From: Lama guanicoe | Taxonomy: Eukaryota | Assembly (NCBI GenBank): GCA_013239625.1 | Contig: MU054187.1 | Coordinates: 16,136,941-16,200,940 of the forward strand | Direction: 5' to 3' | Length of the DNA stretch: 64,000 bases | Made by a program: the position numbers and the translations under genes | Shown: positions 1 through 13,135 of the stretch, piece after piece | Position numbering within the stretch: the stretch's first letter is position 1 | How the letters are laid out: the number at the start of each line of letters is the position of its first letter | The notes under the pieces: model-generated | What the model was told of the DNA's origin: nothing | What the model saw: the letters and a program-made list of their open reading frames with translations, nothing else | The model's database searches: none

Positions 1-850
1 TTTTAAAGACTGAGAACGTCTGCTATTGCACTTGCTTCCTATTTTTCTTATTCTCTCTAAATATGGTAGTGCCCCTCCTGCTGAAGCTGCACCTTCTGCT
101 CCCTCAGGTGGCAATGTGGCATGTGAAGGTGGTTTCTTTTTTGGTGGTGGTGTTAATTGTTCCGGTCTGGCTTTAGGATCTGTTCCGATTTTACGTATGA
201 TCTTTCCTCTTTCAAACTTTCAAGCACTTCTGAGGGCAACTTTGGGAGATCTGATTTTTGGCAGGATTAATGTAAATATCATTTACATTGACGGCATTCT
301 TTCCTTTGTCTTTTTCCTATGGGACAGTGCTAGAAGCTGTGTAGCACTCCTCCAACACCTTTATATTTTGGTTTGTTTTTTAAGGAATTTCTAATACATT
401 TCTAAGTTAGCTGTTTAGCATTCAGGTTTTACTGAAAGCAAAGTTTTGTCAGAAATTTGTTATAAACGTACATTTTTGTAATTTCCACTAGTCACAAATA
501 TTTGCAAAATGGATATTCGTTTCTCTTGAATTTGATGTATTATGGTACTGAAACTATTGACTCTGTTTGTTAACACAGGTTAATATTCCTTCTCCTTGCC
601 TCACTTGATTTCCTATCCTATTTGTTTTTCTGCCATATTTTGAAGTCTTTATCCAGTGTTGGGTGAACTCAAATGCACTTTTTTTTTAAAATCCTGACTC
701 TAGGGTTGTATGTATTTATGGGGAAAAAAAAGTATTTAAAATGGTTACGCTCTACACTAACCAATCATAATTAGATTCTAAAAGCTACTCTGTAATCTTT
801 TGCTCCTATTTTGCACTTAAGCTGTTTCAATCATCTTTCCTTAACATATA

Positions 851-1152
851 CAGTTGGCGCTCTGTATACATGAGTTCTGCATCCACAGGTTCAACCAACC
901 GTGGATCAAAAATATTTGAGAAAAAAAAAGTTTCAAGACAGTTACAAAAAACAAAACTTGGTTTTGCTGTGGACAAACTATTTACGTAGCATTTATATTG
1001 TATTAGGTATTATAAGTGGAGATGATTTAAATAATAGGGGAGATTATATGCAAATACTACTGCTCCATTTTATATAAGGAACTTGAGCATCCTCAGATTT
1101 CAGTGTCTGTGGGGCATCCTGGACCCAAGTCCCTGCAGATACTGAGGGACTA
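851..1152 (-). mobile_element. MER2-type non-autonomous Tigger (TcMar) DNA transposon
   Basis: Begins TA|CAGTTGGCGCTCTGTATAC and ends GCAGATACTGAGGGAC (degenerate TIRs). Internal 'TATTAGGTATTATAAG..GATGATTTAAA..TTTTATATAAGGAACTTGAGCATC' is the reverse complement of the MER2 consensus. Confidence 0.85.
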
Positions 1153-1159
1153 TATAGTG

Positions 1160-3050
1160 TTTCATATACCTCTGAGTAGATACCTTCAACACCTAATGTA
1201 CTGAAAATCTGGATGAGACTCTTTTCCCTATTATTCCCTGTTATTCAAATTCTTCTTGTATATAATCGCCATTATTTTTGTTCTTTTTCCTCCAATATTG
1301 AAGAAAGGAAAAAACACTTATTTTCAAGACAAGGGCTTCTATTTGTGAGATATTGATGCCATATTTTTTAGAGTCCTTCAAAATTATCCCCCTTGTCTAT
1401 CATATGTATTTATTCTACCCAAATTTTTTCCATCATTCTTCAAATATTTCAAATTTTCCTCATGCTAACACTTCCTATACCATGATTCACCCTTAATCTA
1501 TACCCCACTGGCTAATTTTCTGAATTCCTATCAGCATTATTTAACATGTTTTAAACTTTCTCCTTTCAGTTACTCCTCTCACTTGCTTGCTGCAGATCTG
1601 CAATCTCGTGTATATTTCTAACTCTGATCTTTTTCTTTCACTTTCCCTCCCATCTTTGCCTCCCTTATGCACATTTTGATTTGGCAATTTCAAACAGTAG
1701 TCACCATTTCAACTTTCACTTCTGTACAAAAGACTGTGAAAACTTTGTCTCTAAGTGTGCCTTACTCCTAACTCTGTGTTTTGACTGCATTATGAAATGT
1801 TGCTCATGGGGAATCTGGAGAACTTTCAAGCTCTACGTGTCTCTCCTTCAAAACTGTCCTTCTTCCTTGTTTCCAGTCCTCAGGCATGACAACTCCCATT
1901 CTTTCCTTACACAGTTAATTCCTTGAAACCATTGGTTCTGCTTTTACAATATCTTTGCATCTATTTCTCAGTTTTTCATTAGTATAAGTTAAGTCCTTAT
2001 TATTACTTGTAGATAATATTATACCTATTCTTAAAGTAAAACCTTAAATTATATACTAAAAACAAGTAAGATGAAAAAAGATGGGACTAAAAATAATTTA
2101 AGCAAAAGGTCATTGTTTCAATTGGGTATGTTTTACTTCATCCCTAAACTTCAAATTGCTGTCTCTCTCATTATTTCAGAAAAACGTGAAAACAAAAATG
2201 TTTTCCCATATAAAACCCAGATCAGTTACCTAAGTACAATCACAATGACTTTTTTTTTTAGTGCCAGACAACACAAAGCCTTCTAAATAAAGATTTTTCG
2301 GTGTTTGTCTCCTAAGGAAAATTCCTTCCAAAAACTTAATTTTTTCTATAAAAGTTGACAAAAATGGGTGTCCTAGCTCTTAGTCTCTTCCTATTTCTCT
2401 CTCTTTCCCTTCATTCAGAGTTTAAAAGAAAGTATATGTATTTTTAGTAAATTGCACTTTATAGTGAGAGAAGAAAGACTGAATTTTGAGAGAAGGCATA
2501 CGGGAGGTTTTCCTGAAACAGCAGAATGGAGAAGTCTCAAAACTCCTCTACACCCTCAACTTTCACATCTGTGTCCCACTAGAGTTCTGTGTCTGAGTGC
2601 TGTGTCTCAAAATGTAAGACTTTTAGAGGAGGAGAAATTGCTGAAGTTCATCTGCTCAAGAAGGCTAAGAATTCTGAACCTGAGAGGTAAAAGCAGAAGT
2701 AGAACAGGAGGCAGTGAGAGTAAAATAATCATCTCACATTGAAAAGATGTCACGCACATGTCTCAGCATAAGTACTGAGGGAAGAGCCCATATAAGTGAA
2801 GAGCCACGGCCATGATACTGAGCACTGAATTCCTCCTGAGATGTCCCATGACAGATTAACTTAAGAGTGTGAATTGCAGTAAAGAGTCAGAGACAAAGTT
2901 TCTTTGTTTGATCAATATTGGAGGGGAAAAAAGCTAGCTATGAGAATGCTCATTAACAGAGAAACTCTATTACTAATGAGTCTTTCCTCAGGACTTTTTT
3001 TTTTTACCAAGAATTCAAACATGGAAGGTATCCAATCAACAGAATTGTTC
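1160..3050 (-). mobile_element. Possible highly decayed ancient L1/HAL1 5' region
   Basis: T/C-rich plus strand typical of antisense L1 ORF1/5'UTR. No diagnostic motif recovered, so the assignment rests on composition only. Confidence 0.3.
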
Positions 3051-3229
3051 CAAAATGATAGTTAAATGGTCATCCTCTTCAAAAAAACACAACACATTTT
3101 CTGTATTTTTTTAAGCCTAATAGTGGTATGATCTGTTAGGCTTCCGCTATTGGTAGGGGATGTTAGAAGAACCAAACAATGTCTGTGTCTCAAATCTTTG
3201 GTCTATTTGTGTATGTCTCTCCCTCCCTG

Positions 3230-3335
3230 GAGAGGGAGAACACCTTAATAACTTATTTATTCTTGTGTGTCACCCAGTGTCTTGTGCAATGTCTTGGATA
3301 ATAAATGTGCTCATACTAAATTATTTAACATAAAT
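3230..3335 (+). mobile_element. L2 3' end fragment
   Basis: 'TTCTTGTGTGTCACCCAGTGTCTTGTGCAATGTCTTGG..AAATGTGCTCATA' resembles the L2 3' terminus. Confidence 0.5.
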
Positions 3336-3917
3336 ATTTGATGCTTTCAAAAATTTTTAAATGCACTTTATTCATAGCAGTTGCTACAGAAATAAAATTC
3401 AAAATACAGATTCTTGAAATATTGCAAAGCATCTTCAAAATATCAGTTACTATGACTTTGTATATTTCTGCGTCACTGAGTGTAGTGTTGAATTTTTAGA
3501 TAGGAACACTTGGGAGTGGGTTAGTAAATTTTACTTGGCACTTTGTTGCTGAAGTTATCTGAAAACAGATGACAAAATTTGCCCTACTTTGGTATACCCA
3601 ACAAGTTCTTTAAAATGTATGTTAGAAAAATTAATAAAGTAAGCCAAACTCAGACAGATATAGCTCATCATTATTAGTTTATAAAATACTAGCTATTGAT
3701 AGGTAGAGTATATAAAAATCTAGTAAATATAAGTGAAGTGAATTTCTAGTGTCCTAGGTTTAATATGACTAAAATTAACTGTTTTATTTGGTGTAAATTC
3801 ATTAACTTCCAAAAACTTTAGACGTTTCAGTTTTCTGAATTTGGATCTGACTGTGTCATTTCAATTACTGCATTTTTTTGTTGATATTATTATTTTGTCT
3901 TCATTTGTTGCTGGGTT

Positions 3918-4790
3918 TATTCAATCATTTATTCAACATGTATTTACTGATCGTATTTATAGGGCACATCATGTGTTGTTACTGAATTTACAAAGTTGAA
4001 AAGATACATTCTCTGCCCTTACCTATTCCTGTTCAGACTGGAGTCAGACATGCAAACATTTACAATATTATGTGTCAGCTGCTTTAGTGGAGGATGGCAG
4101 GACCCACTGAGCAAGCAGATATCTGTGCCAGGCTGCTTAAGGCTGGGGATGTATCACAGAGGAATACACATTTGAGTTGAAACTCACCTAATGAATAGAA
4201 TTTAAAGAAACTTATTCCAGGCAAGGTATCACAAGGAAGAGTTATCCAGGTGAAGTTCTACATAAGGGCTCCCAGCCAAGGAGGGAGGGAAAAAAAACTA
4301 GGCTGAAATATGGCTCTCTGTCCATTTGCAAGGCCATCTTCCCTGCAGCACAGCTATCTCAATCAAATAGAGAGGTCCTTTTACTAATTCATTTGTTCAG
4401 AGCAAATACCTTATTGTAATCCATCTGCCCAGAGGGGGCATTTTAAAATAATGTGTACGAAAGCAACCTTTGTGCTATCACAAGCTCTGGCCAGCTCTGC
4501 CAGAACATGAAAGGGCAGAGAGGCAGCAGAAACTGGTAGTTTGATGAGTGAGGAATAGTGAGGGACAGGAGAGCAATAAATGATTTGAAATGTGGCCAAG
4601 AAGTTAAGGAATATTGGAATTAAAAAATATTCATTGAATCTTGCAAAACGGCTGTTATTGATGAACATGATTACTATAACAGGTACAGTGGCATGGTGAG
4701 GGGTAGCATATAGTGAAGTGGTGGCAGTGAGGAATTAAGAGACAGTAAATACAGAGAGAAAGAGAGAGAGAGAGAGCATTTCAGGGAACA
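3918..4790 (-). mobile_element. L2 LINE (3' part), split by an L1 insertion
   Basis: Starts with the antisense L2 tail 'TTCAATCATTTATTCAACATGTATTTACTGA' and continues with purine-rich antisense L2 body sequence. Confidence 0.7.
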
Positions 4791-4794
4791 GGCT

Positions 4795-7050
4795 CAGTGA
4801 ATACTTACATTCAGATACACGTGTGTACCAATCACCCAGTTCAAGACAGAAAATTTCCAACACCTCGGAAGTTTCCCTTGTGTCTTCGTTTAATCGTAAC
4901 CTCTCATCTCAAGAAGATAGTCTCTATACTGATTTTTATCATGGTAGATTATATTTGCCTATTTTTCAACCTCATCCAAATAAGATCTTGTAAAACAGCT
5001 TTTTTCTCTCAAATGTTGAGTGCAAAATTCATCCATGTTGTTGAGTGTGGCTATAATTTACTAGTTTGCATTTCATTATATTCCACTGTATGAATATACT
5101 CAAAGATTTACAGTCACTTTTTTTTAGTCATATTGGTGGAAGGTTGTTCATTGTTAAAGTTGCTATCTGTTTCCCAATTATTATAACCACTGCTGCTATT
5201 AACATCCTTGTGTATATCTTTTGTGAACTGTGTACTCATTTCTCTCCAGTATATATCTAAGAATGAAATCATTACATCATGATGTAGGCATACATTTAGC
5301 TTTAGTAGGAAAACACAAAGTTTTCCAAAGTTGTACTAATTTACACTCCATCAGCAAAGTGTGAGAGTTGCTCTGTATCTTTGTCAACATTTGTGTTTTC
5401 CATCTTTTTCATTTTAGCCAATGTGGCAACTGTGTCTCTATTTCATTGTGACAGTATGTTGGTGTGCATCTGTTTCTTCATCACCCATGTTTATTTCTTT
5501 GTCTTTTTGTCTGTTCTTGCATTAATCCAATACTGTGTTAATTGCTGTAACTTTATAGTAACTCCTTAAGTCAAGTAGCATAGTCTTCCTTTACTGATGC
5601 TTTTTCAATTTTGCATTAGCTATGCTTGGCCATCTGCTTTCCTATACAAATAATAGAACCACTTGTCAGTCTGCACGTATAACTTGAATAAACTGGGAGG
5701 GAGTTGTATAGAGTTTTTAGAACAGCTCAGATATTTTAAGAGTAGTAAATGTTCCTAATATATCATTTTTATCATTTTTCTTCTATTGCTATTTTGGATT
5801 ATTAAAATGCTTTAATTCCATTTTTTCTCATTTATCAGTTTTTTTAAAGACATTTGCTTAGTATAGCTAAGCAGATAAATGTGTTTTATATACTTGAAAA
5901 GAATAAATATTCTTCCACTGTTGGACATAGTATTTGATATATGATAATTAGTTCAAATCAGTTGTGTTGCTCAAATCAACTTTAATCTTGCTATTTTTTT
6001 CTGCTGTTCTTTCACAATTATTGACATTAGTGTTTTTAATTCTCTGTGTAGGATTGTAGATTTATTTAAGTCTACTTTTGATACTATAAATTTCTGCTTT
6101 ATAAATTTTATCATTGTGTTAGGTGTATGTAAATTTGGGATTACTCTTTCTGTTGAATTGACCTTTCTTAAAATCAAATGTCTCTCTTTGTATCTTACAA
6201 AATTTTTGCTTTAAAAACCACTTTTTCTACAGTTAACACAGCTGCCCTAGCTTTCTTCTGTTAGTGTTTTCATGTTTAATATTTTTCTTAAATCTTTATT
6301 TTCTCTTATCTTTAACATATGTTTCTTATCAACAGCATGTATTTGGATTTTGCTTTTTTTATTCAGACTGACAGTCTTTGGTGTTTAACTGAGTTATTTA
6401 TTCAGTTTACATTTCATGTAAATACTAACAGTAATTAAAAAATTATTTTTGCTTGTTTTCCTTTCCTCCTATTGTTATTTTGTTCCATCATTTCTCCTTT
6501 ATTTACTTCTTTAGGATTATTCAAGTATTTTTTTATTTCATTTTTCTCTTTTACTAGTTGGTTAGTTGAAATTTTATTAAAGAATATTTTAGTAGTTATT
6601 AGATGAATTGCAACATGCATGTTGTAGCATGTGAATACTTCATTTCTTTTTATTGCCAAATGATGTTTCATTTCTGGGTTTCATCTTTTGCAGTTCCCTT
6701 CTCTGTAGGATTTTTTCCCTCAAGTACTAGCTACTTGGGCGGCCCCTAACTCTAGTCACTTTCTGCTCAGCACAGAGTCTGCCTCTTTTCAAAGGAAATT
6801 TTATTTTCCTGTAACAAGAAGTGGTGAATTACCCTTGGTAAAAAGCAGGCGTTAGTGAAAAACTCCATTTTGTGCGTCCTCTTCCTTCTAGAATTATGGC
6901 TCCTCAGATCCTCCTTGCCTTGGTTTTTCCATAATGCTTCTAAGCAGTTTTGTTGTGTATTTTGTTCCACTTTTGTTGTTGTATCTGGTGGAAAATTAGT
7001 CTGATACAAATAACACCATTAAGGCTGGAATTGGAAGTTAATCTACTCTT
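4795..7050 (-). mobile_element. Old L1 (L1ME-like), fragmented 3'UTR and ORF2 remnants
   Basis: Antisense L1 3'UTR ('TTCATCCATGTTGTTGAGTGT..TATTCCACTGTATGAATATAC'). ORF 5971-6177 (LRKVNSTERVIPNLHTPN..IKQK..DLNKSTIL..KTLMSII) aligns with the L1 ORF2 endonuclease segment IKGSIQQEDITILNIYAPN..IKQ..DLDSHTII..NTPLS. Confidence 0.8.
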
Positions 7051-7059
7051 TCTATAAGC

Positions 7060-7515
7060 CTGACTCAAAAGCAGAGGTATACGAATACAGCTAGAGAGGA
7101 GAGTGAGTTGGAACGGGTGTAAAAGTGGAAGACGTATCAGCATGCTTATGTACTAAAGGATTCAGTGGATAGTGAAAAGTCGAGGAGTCAGGAATCAAGA
7201 GCTCATGTGAATAAATTAGCATTGCATTACAGGAAAAGCTTTGTATAAGAAGAATTCCTGAGATGGGTGCCAGTGCTAATAGATGTACAAATGGAAGAGC
7301 AGAAAACTGAGGTAGTTCGTGTAACCTCCGTTTTCTATGTGAAATAAAAATAAAAGTCATTGTTTTGAGTAAGAGAGGAGGAGTGGTAGATGAAGGAAGT
7401 CTCAGAATAGTAATGAAGCTTTAGAATGCATGCTGGGATGATTACAGAGGAAGCTGGCCAGAGATATTTAGCAGGATTTCTGAGCTGTTTTGAAGGGCAA
7501 GCCAAACATTGTGCC
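7060..7515 (-). mobile_element. L2 LINE continuation
   Basis: Purine-rich antisense L2-like body resuming after the L1. Confidence 0.45.
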
Positions 7516-8189
7516 ACAAGTTAAAATATCTTTTACCTCCACGGATCAAATTTAAGTGGAAGCTCTTGGACCACAGAGCTTTTATCTTTGTCGTCCCATC
7601 TTGAACTTGGGCTATGGTCACGTGGGAATTTATGTTGAGAACTTCGTGCGTGGGGACGCATCAGTTCTAATGCCTGAGAGTCACTGCTGGGAGCTCTGTG
7701 AGTTAGCTGGAGGATATAGCTGGAAGATACAGAGAGCAGTGACCGATCTGAGTGTCCCACTTGGGCCATATAACTTCACGATACCAATTCCTTGTAAAGG
7801 ACCACGTTGGATTTCATCTCAGTACATCATCCTTCAGGGGAGGATGTTATACACTAACACATTAACTCATTGGAGTGACTCTTTCTTCATACCACCCCAT
7901 CTATACTATGTCACCAAGAGCCCAGCCAGTTCTTTGCTGATCTGACTCCTTTACATTTAAGTCAGAAGTAGAAGATTAAATCTGATCATTAAAGCATTTT
8001 TCTAATTATCACGAGCTCAATGATTTTATATTGCTTATCGAGATGACATTTAGAAATAGTAAGAATCAAAGTATCATGGTGGCAAAGTCTTACTGACCAA
8101 TACAATGCTATTCTTATCTTATTTACTAAGTGCTGAACTAACACTAACTCAATGAGATTCTTTCTTTACACATGATGAGTCAGTCACAG

Positions 8190-8610
8190 ATGTTGGTGCA
8201 CAGCAGAAGGACAAAGTACATCAAAACCCCATGGCTTAAAGCAACGATCATCTAATATTTCTCACATGTCTGTGGGCCAGCTGGGGTTCAGCTGCTCTGA
8301 GCTGTGTCCACCTGGACAGTTTTGTTCTGCATCTTCCTGTGGTCAACAGTGTAGCAAGGGCATATTCTTCTTGGGGCAATGATAGTGGTGCAAGAAAGCA
8401 AGCAGAAATGCGTGAGACCTCTCATGGCCCAGGCGTGAAACTAGCAAACGGTCACTTGTGCCTATTTATTATTGGCCAAAACAAGTCACATATCCAAGCT
8501 CAAAGTCAAGGCATAGAAATGTATACTTCATCTATGATGAGATCATGGCCAAACGATTTGTGAATGGAGGAGTGGAAACTGGGGCCAATTATGCAAACTA
8601 CCACACATAC
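8190..8610 (-). mobile_element. MLT1 (ERVL-MaLR) solo LTR, old subfamily (J/K-like)
   Basis: Diagnostic 'TGGCTTAAAGCAAC..TTTCTCACATGTCTGTGGGCCAGCTGGG' and 'TATTGGCCAAAACAAGTCACAT..CCAAGCTCAAAGTCAAGG'. Confidence 0.8.
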
Positions 8611-8861
8611 ACTGTACTCTCCTTACCTTCCCTGCCAATTTCTCATACAAGGCTCGGGAAGGTGCCTTCTTAGAAGTGACTCATTTGATCTGTGCATGGA
8701 GAATCAAAGTGAACAGGCTTGGTTTGTTATGTTTTGTTTTCTGGGTTTTTTAAGTGGACAGTCTGGAGCAGAAAGGCTTTTCTAACAGAGTGGTATTATG
8801 ACTCATGTTACTTTGAACTAAACCTATATGACTTTATTTCTTGGACTAGAGTAAGAAACAA

Positions 8862-9082
8862 TATAGAAGAGTGATTAAAGAGAATGAACTTTGCAGTTAG
8901 AAAGACCTGGAGTACAAATCCAGGCTTCACCACTTTTCAACTGTCAACTTTGCATCTTTGCCTTTGTTAAGTCGTCCTCATTTTGAATGAGAATATCAGT
9001 AGTGCTTACCTCTTGTTGAAGCAAATTCAATAACACATACATGCCTGGCACAGAGTCAATGATCAATAATGATAGTTATTAA
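8862..9082 (+). mobile_element. MIR SINE
   Basis: 'GTGATTAAAGAGAATGAACTTTGCAGTTAGAAAGACCTGG..AAATCCAGGCTTCACCACTT' head and 'CCTGGCACAGAGT..TCAATAA..TAGTTATT' tail. Confidence 0.75.
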
Positions 9083-12000
9083 GATATCCATAGAAGCTGT
9101 CACAAAATGTGGAGGAGATACCACAGTAGTGAAGAAATAAATTACTCTTGCAATGAGAATGAGAATGTCTTCAAAGAGATAATGGCATTTGAGATGGTTG
9201 TTGAAGGCTTTTGCTAGCCAGTGAAGTCATTTAAAGATAATTGAGAGATTAATCATTGCTAGATTAAATGTGAACAGAAGTGAATAAACTTATGATAGCA
9301 GAAGACATGAATTTCTAAACTTTTCAGGAATTTTTACATATCCTATGCTTCTGCTCGTGAAGTATGCTGTGTATAACCTTATCACTATATCCAGTGCCTG
9401 TGTGACATCCACATTTTCATCTTCTCTTAAAACCATGCTCTATAAAGTAAGTTAAGGCTGAGAGGAGCATGAGATTAGGGCCCTGGGTAACTAGCAAAGC
9501 TGATAAAATATTCAGTCACTAGACACTAAAATGCAGCTGTAAATAGCACTCATTAAATTAAACTTCAGAGTAGTTTTCCTCAAATGCTATTGCCCTATAG
9601 GTTTATAGGAAATTATATATAGCATATAGATAAGCACATTATTTTTTTTTGGCTGAAGAAATAATGATTTAAACTACAAAAATGTTAAGCTACAATAAAA
9701 GGCCACTTTCAACTTTGCCATTTAGAGGCTAACTTATTGTTCATAACTCTTATAATTGAAGCCTTATTATATTATCCTGCTGCACAGCGTGATTTCCTGT
9801 TATTTGTCTAATGTTTTTTAAAGAACAGTAATTTAATAACTATAGTGATATTCATCCTCGGCTTCCAACAAATGTGCTATTTCATGAATCCTATTTATAA
9901 AACACAGTTGTAGTCAATGTATATTCCAGGCTAGCCATTAGGTGACTTTGAAAACAATGCAAAGCTGAAAAAATAATCCCAAGGCCCTGTGATGTTACTT
10001 TTAAAAAGAAAGGAACTTTAAATTTTAGGGCATTGCAGTTTTATTTCTCTTGAAAGCACTTTCAGTTTATATTTGCTCCTAAGAAAATTGATTTTATTCC
10101 TTTCTCATAGAAAAGTCTGAACTGTGTATTTCAGTTCCAGGGAAACATTGTTAAGTTTTATTGTCTACACAACACACAAATATCCTAGCACTGTATTGCT
10201 CAACCCAAAACAAAAACTCTGAAACTATACATAACATATGTTCTGTTTTGTTTTCATATTATCAAAAATATAGATCAAATATAATTTTTGTAGAAAGGTT
10301 TGAAATATTTACCCTTCTAGTTCAGATTTTGCAATGAAATGGATGCATTTAAATAACTGTTTAACTTACTTAGTAGGGAATGGATGAGAAAAGACACAAG
10401 ATAACTATTTTATGTAACCATTTCTTTAATTGTGTGTACACTCTGAATATGAGGCTCTAAGATGATAGCTAAGATAAGTGGATATCAGAAGCCTAAAATG
10501 ATACAATATTTACATATTTTTAAAATGCCCCTTTTAATCTTAGAAAGCAAAAGTTCAGATTTAAGGTGTGTATTGCTCAATCACTTAATAACATCCTGAA
10601 TAAACCTCACAACTGAGACACTTTGTTTAACCACGGGACTTTCCTTTCCCCAAGTTATCCATCTGTTAACTTTTACACTTACTCTACCTTATGTAATTAT
10701 TGAAACAAATAGTCTGTTGACAAAAACTAGAATGGAATGCCTTTGGTTAGCAGTCAAAATATGATATAAGATTTCAAAGGAAAGAGGTTTTTATGTGGGC
10801 AACACCATGTTGGGATAAGACTAGATCTTCTTGAGAATTAAAGCAAACATGATTTCTCTTAACCTGTATTTTACTTTCACTTTTAAATGTAGGTTTTGCT
10901 CCAAAATAGTACTTTCCAATTATTTCAGGTAGAAATCCATATCTGGATGTTTCTAAATACATTAAATAAGTCCTTTAATGCCATGTTGTTATTTTGGAAA
11001 TTTTAAATAGAGTATAAAAAACTTTATTCAAATGGTTATCTACCCTAAAGCCAAGGAAAAAATTGTTTTTTTAAACTCTACCATAATTTCTTTTTCAAAG
11101 GATTAGAATTTAGGCATTTCTTTGTCATAACATTTTATTTTGGAATGGTTTCACAATTCTAGTGAATTTAATCATACTTTCAATGGGTCTCAGGAAAAAA
11201 TTCATGACACTTAGCTGAACCAAGTTAAAATTTTTAAGTTCACATTTTGGGTCTTACTTTCACTTGGAAGCCATTTTATTTTGCGGAATTCTAATATGGT
11301 GGTGACAACTTCAAATCTTTTAAGATATATTTTCTTTGTTTCATATTGGATGACTGAAGCCTTTCATTTGCTTTGTTTAGTTTTTGTAAACTCTATATGC
11401 AAACTCTTTAAAGTTACATTATTCTATCATGTGAACTCATAACTAGATGGCTGGGAGCACTCATTCAGATCATTGCTGTACACATGAATGACATTCGGCT
11501 CTGTTGCAAGCGTACTCTCCCTTCCTAATGAACACTTGTTCCCTGATCGCCTTTGAAGTGACGAGCATTAGCTGGAGTTGTGGTTTCTGTGGCCTTCACT
11601 TGCTGGTAGTGACCAACAGCAGAACCAAAATCAATCTCTGTCAGGCTTGTAATTGAGCACTTCCCTAATTTATGAGACAGTTTTCCCATTAACAACAAAA
11701 TCTTGAGAATTAAATAAAAACAGACCTTCACAAGTGCTGCTGCATAGGTGAATGAGGGATAAACATTGATAAATGCGCATGCCTTGTGCAAGCCTGACTT
11801 TGAAAAATTCTGTGTCAGAGTTTTAGGTCACATTTTGACAACAATTAGGAACACTGAAATAAATAGTTGGCAATTCTTCTTTGTTATGACAGGGGACGTA
11901 AAGCCATCTTTACCAAGAAAAAGCCCATTTCATGAATATGAATTGTATTACTGCTCAGCCATCTTGCTGTGACAGAGAATCTGTGGGCACTTCTATTATA

Positions 12001-12829
12001 AACCAGAGTAGACTCCTTTCGAAGATTTGAAAAATTTGGTTAAGCTGTTTTCACTTGATATGTAAAATTCCTGTGCCACGGCAATTCTATCCTTCATATA
12101 GAACTCGCACTTAAAAAAGTTAAATGTCCAGTTGAAGTCTATTTTTAGAATGAAAAAATAGTATTTTGCAAAATGTTCTGACAAAGTCTAAAGGACTGAA
12201 AAGTGCTGGCTAAATGTTAAGTCTTTAAATTTTATTGTAATTTTATCTAATTATAAACTTCAGAGAGTCTCCTATTGGTAGCATGAATTAATTTCTTAAT
12301 TTTTAAAATTATATGTATCTGCATATCTAAACTGATCTAACGAATAGAGTCTGTAACAAGAAGGAGTGATATTTCACAGACTGGAATGAATCTATATGGA
12401 TACAAAACTACCAGCCTGTCTAGTCAGAAATTTGAACAAGTCCCAGCTGAAACTACTGGTTGATTATTTGAACTGATTTTGTCAGTCCATTTGAAAACTG
12501 ACTAGTAAACCTGCATCTCATAGAGTCATTGCATTTATCTTTACCCAGGATTTCTCTGGAGGAAACCAATGAGAGCAAACAAAAACAAAAACAAACAAAC
12601 AAACAAAATAACAAAATAAAAATAAAAGGAAGCTTTTAAAAAATATACTCAAGAATAAAATCATTGAGAAGTCTAGAACTTGAAATATGGCATACATAAC
12701 CTTTAAAGTTAGAACCAAGTACCAAGTATGTACGCATATGTATGTATATATATCCATATATACCCATTCACATATAGCATGTTGTACTTATTTAAGTCAC
12801 CTAGCTCAAAGTACTGTCATAAACACCTT

Positions 12830-13135
12830 ATAAAATCATACAGCACATGATCTGGGTGTTCCAGGTCGGTGAAGGTGCAAGCTTAGGGAGAATGGTTCTT
12901 CTATATACAATGATTTAGGACCTTTGAACACCTCCCATCTTATGGTTCCAGCACCCATTAGGGCCATGTTATGTAGTCTAAAGAAGAGCAAAGAGAGCAG
13001 GGAGGTAGTCTCACATCTCAAAGGCCATTCCCTAGGAATGGCACTCATCCCTTCCTTTCACATTCTGTTGACTGGACAATCACAGCCAACCACAAATCTA
13101 GCCCTGAAATCAACTAGAGGAAAATACAGGTTTAT
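12830..13135 (-). mobile_element. Old MLT1-like LTR fragment
   Basis: 'GGCACTCATCCCTTCCTTTCACATTCTGTTGACTGGACAATCACAGCC' resembles the MLT1 'CACTTCCGCTCACATTCCATTGGCCAGAACTAGTCACATGGCC' block. Confidence 0.5.

Noticed and set aside
26..394. 122-aa plus-strand ORF as a gene or parvovirus-capsid-like fragment (SGGNV / GNWH-like stretch)
   Set aside because: TTG start, no further capsid motifs, and the composition is best explained as the antisense of the A-rich minus frame.
4425..4442. CTCF-like site CCCAGAGGGGGCA (also CCCTCAGGTGGCA near 101-113)
   Set aside because: Several mismatches in the 5' half of the core. Not supportable without PWM scoring or ChIP data.
7556..7945. 129-aa plus ORF
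   Set aside because: GTG start, no recognisable domain and no clear plus-strand splice context.
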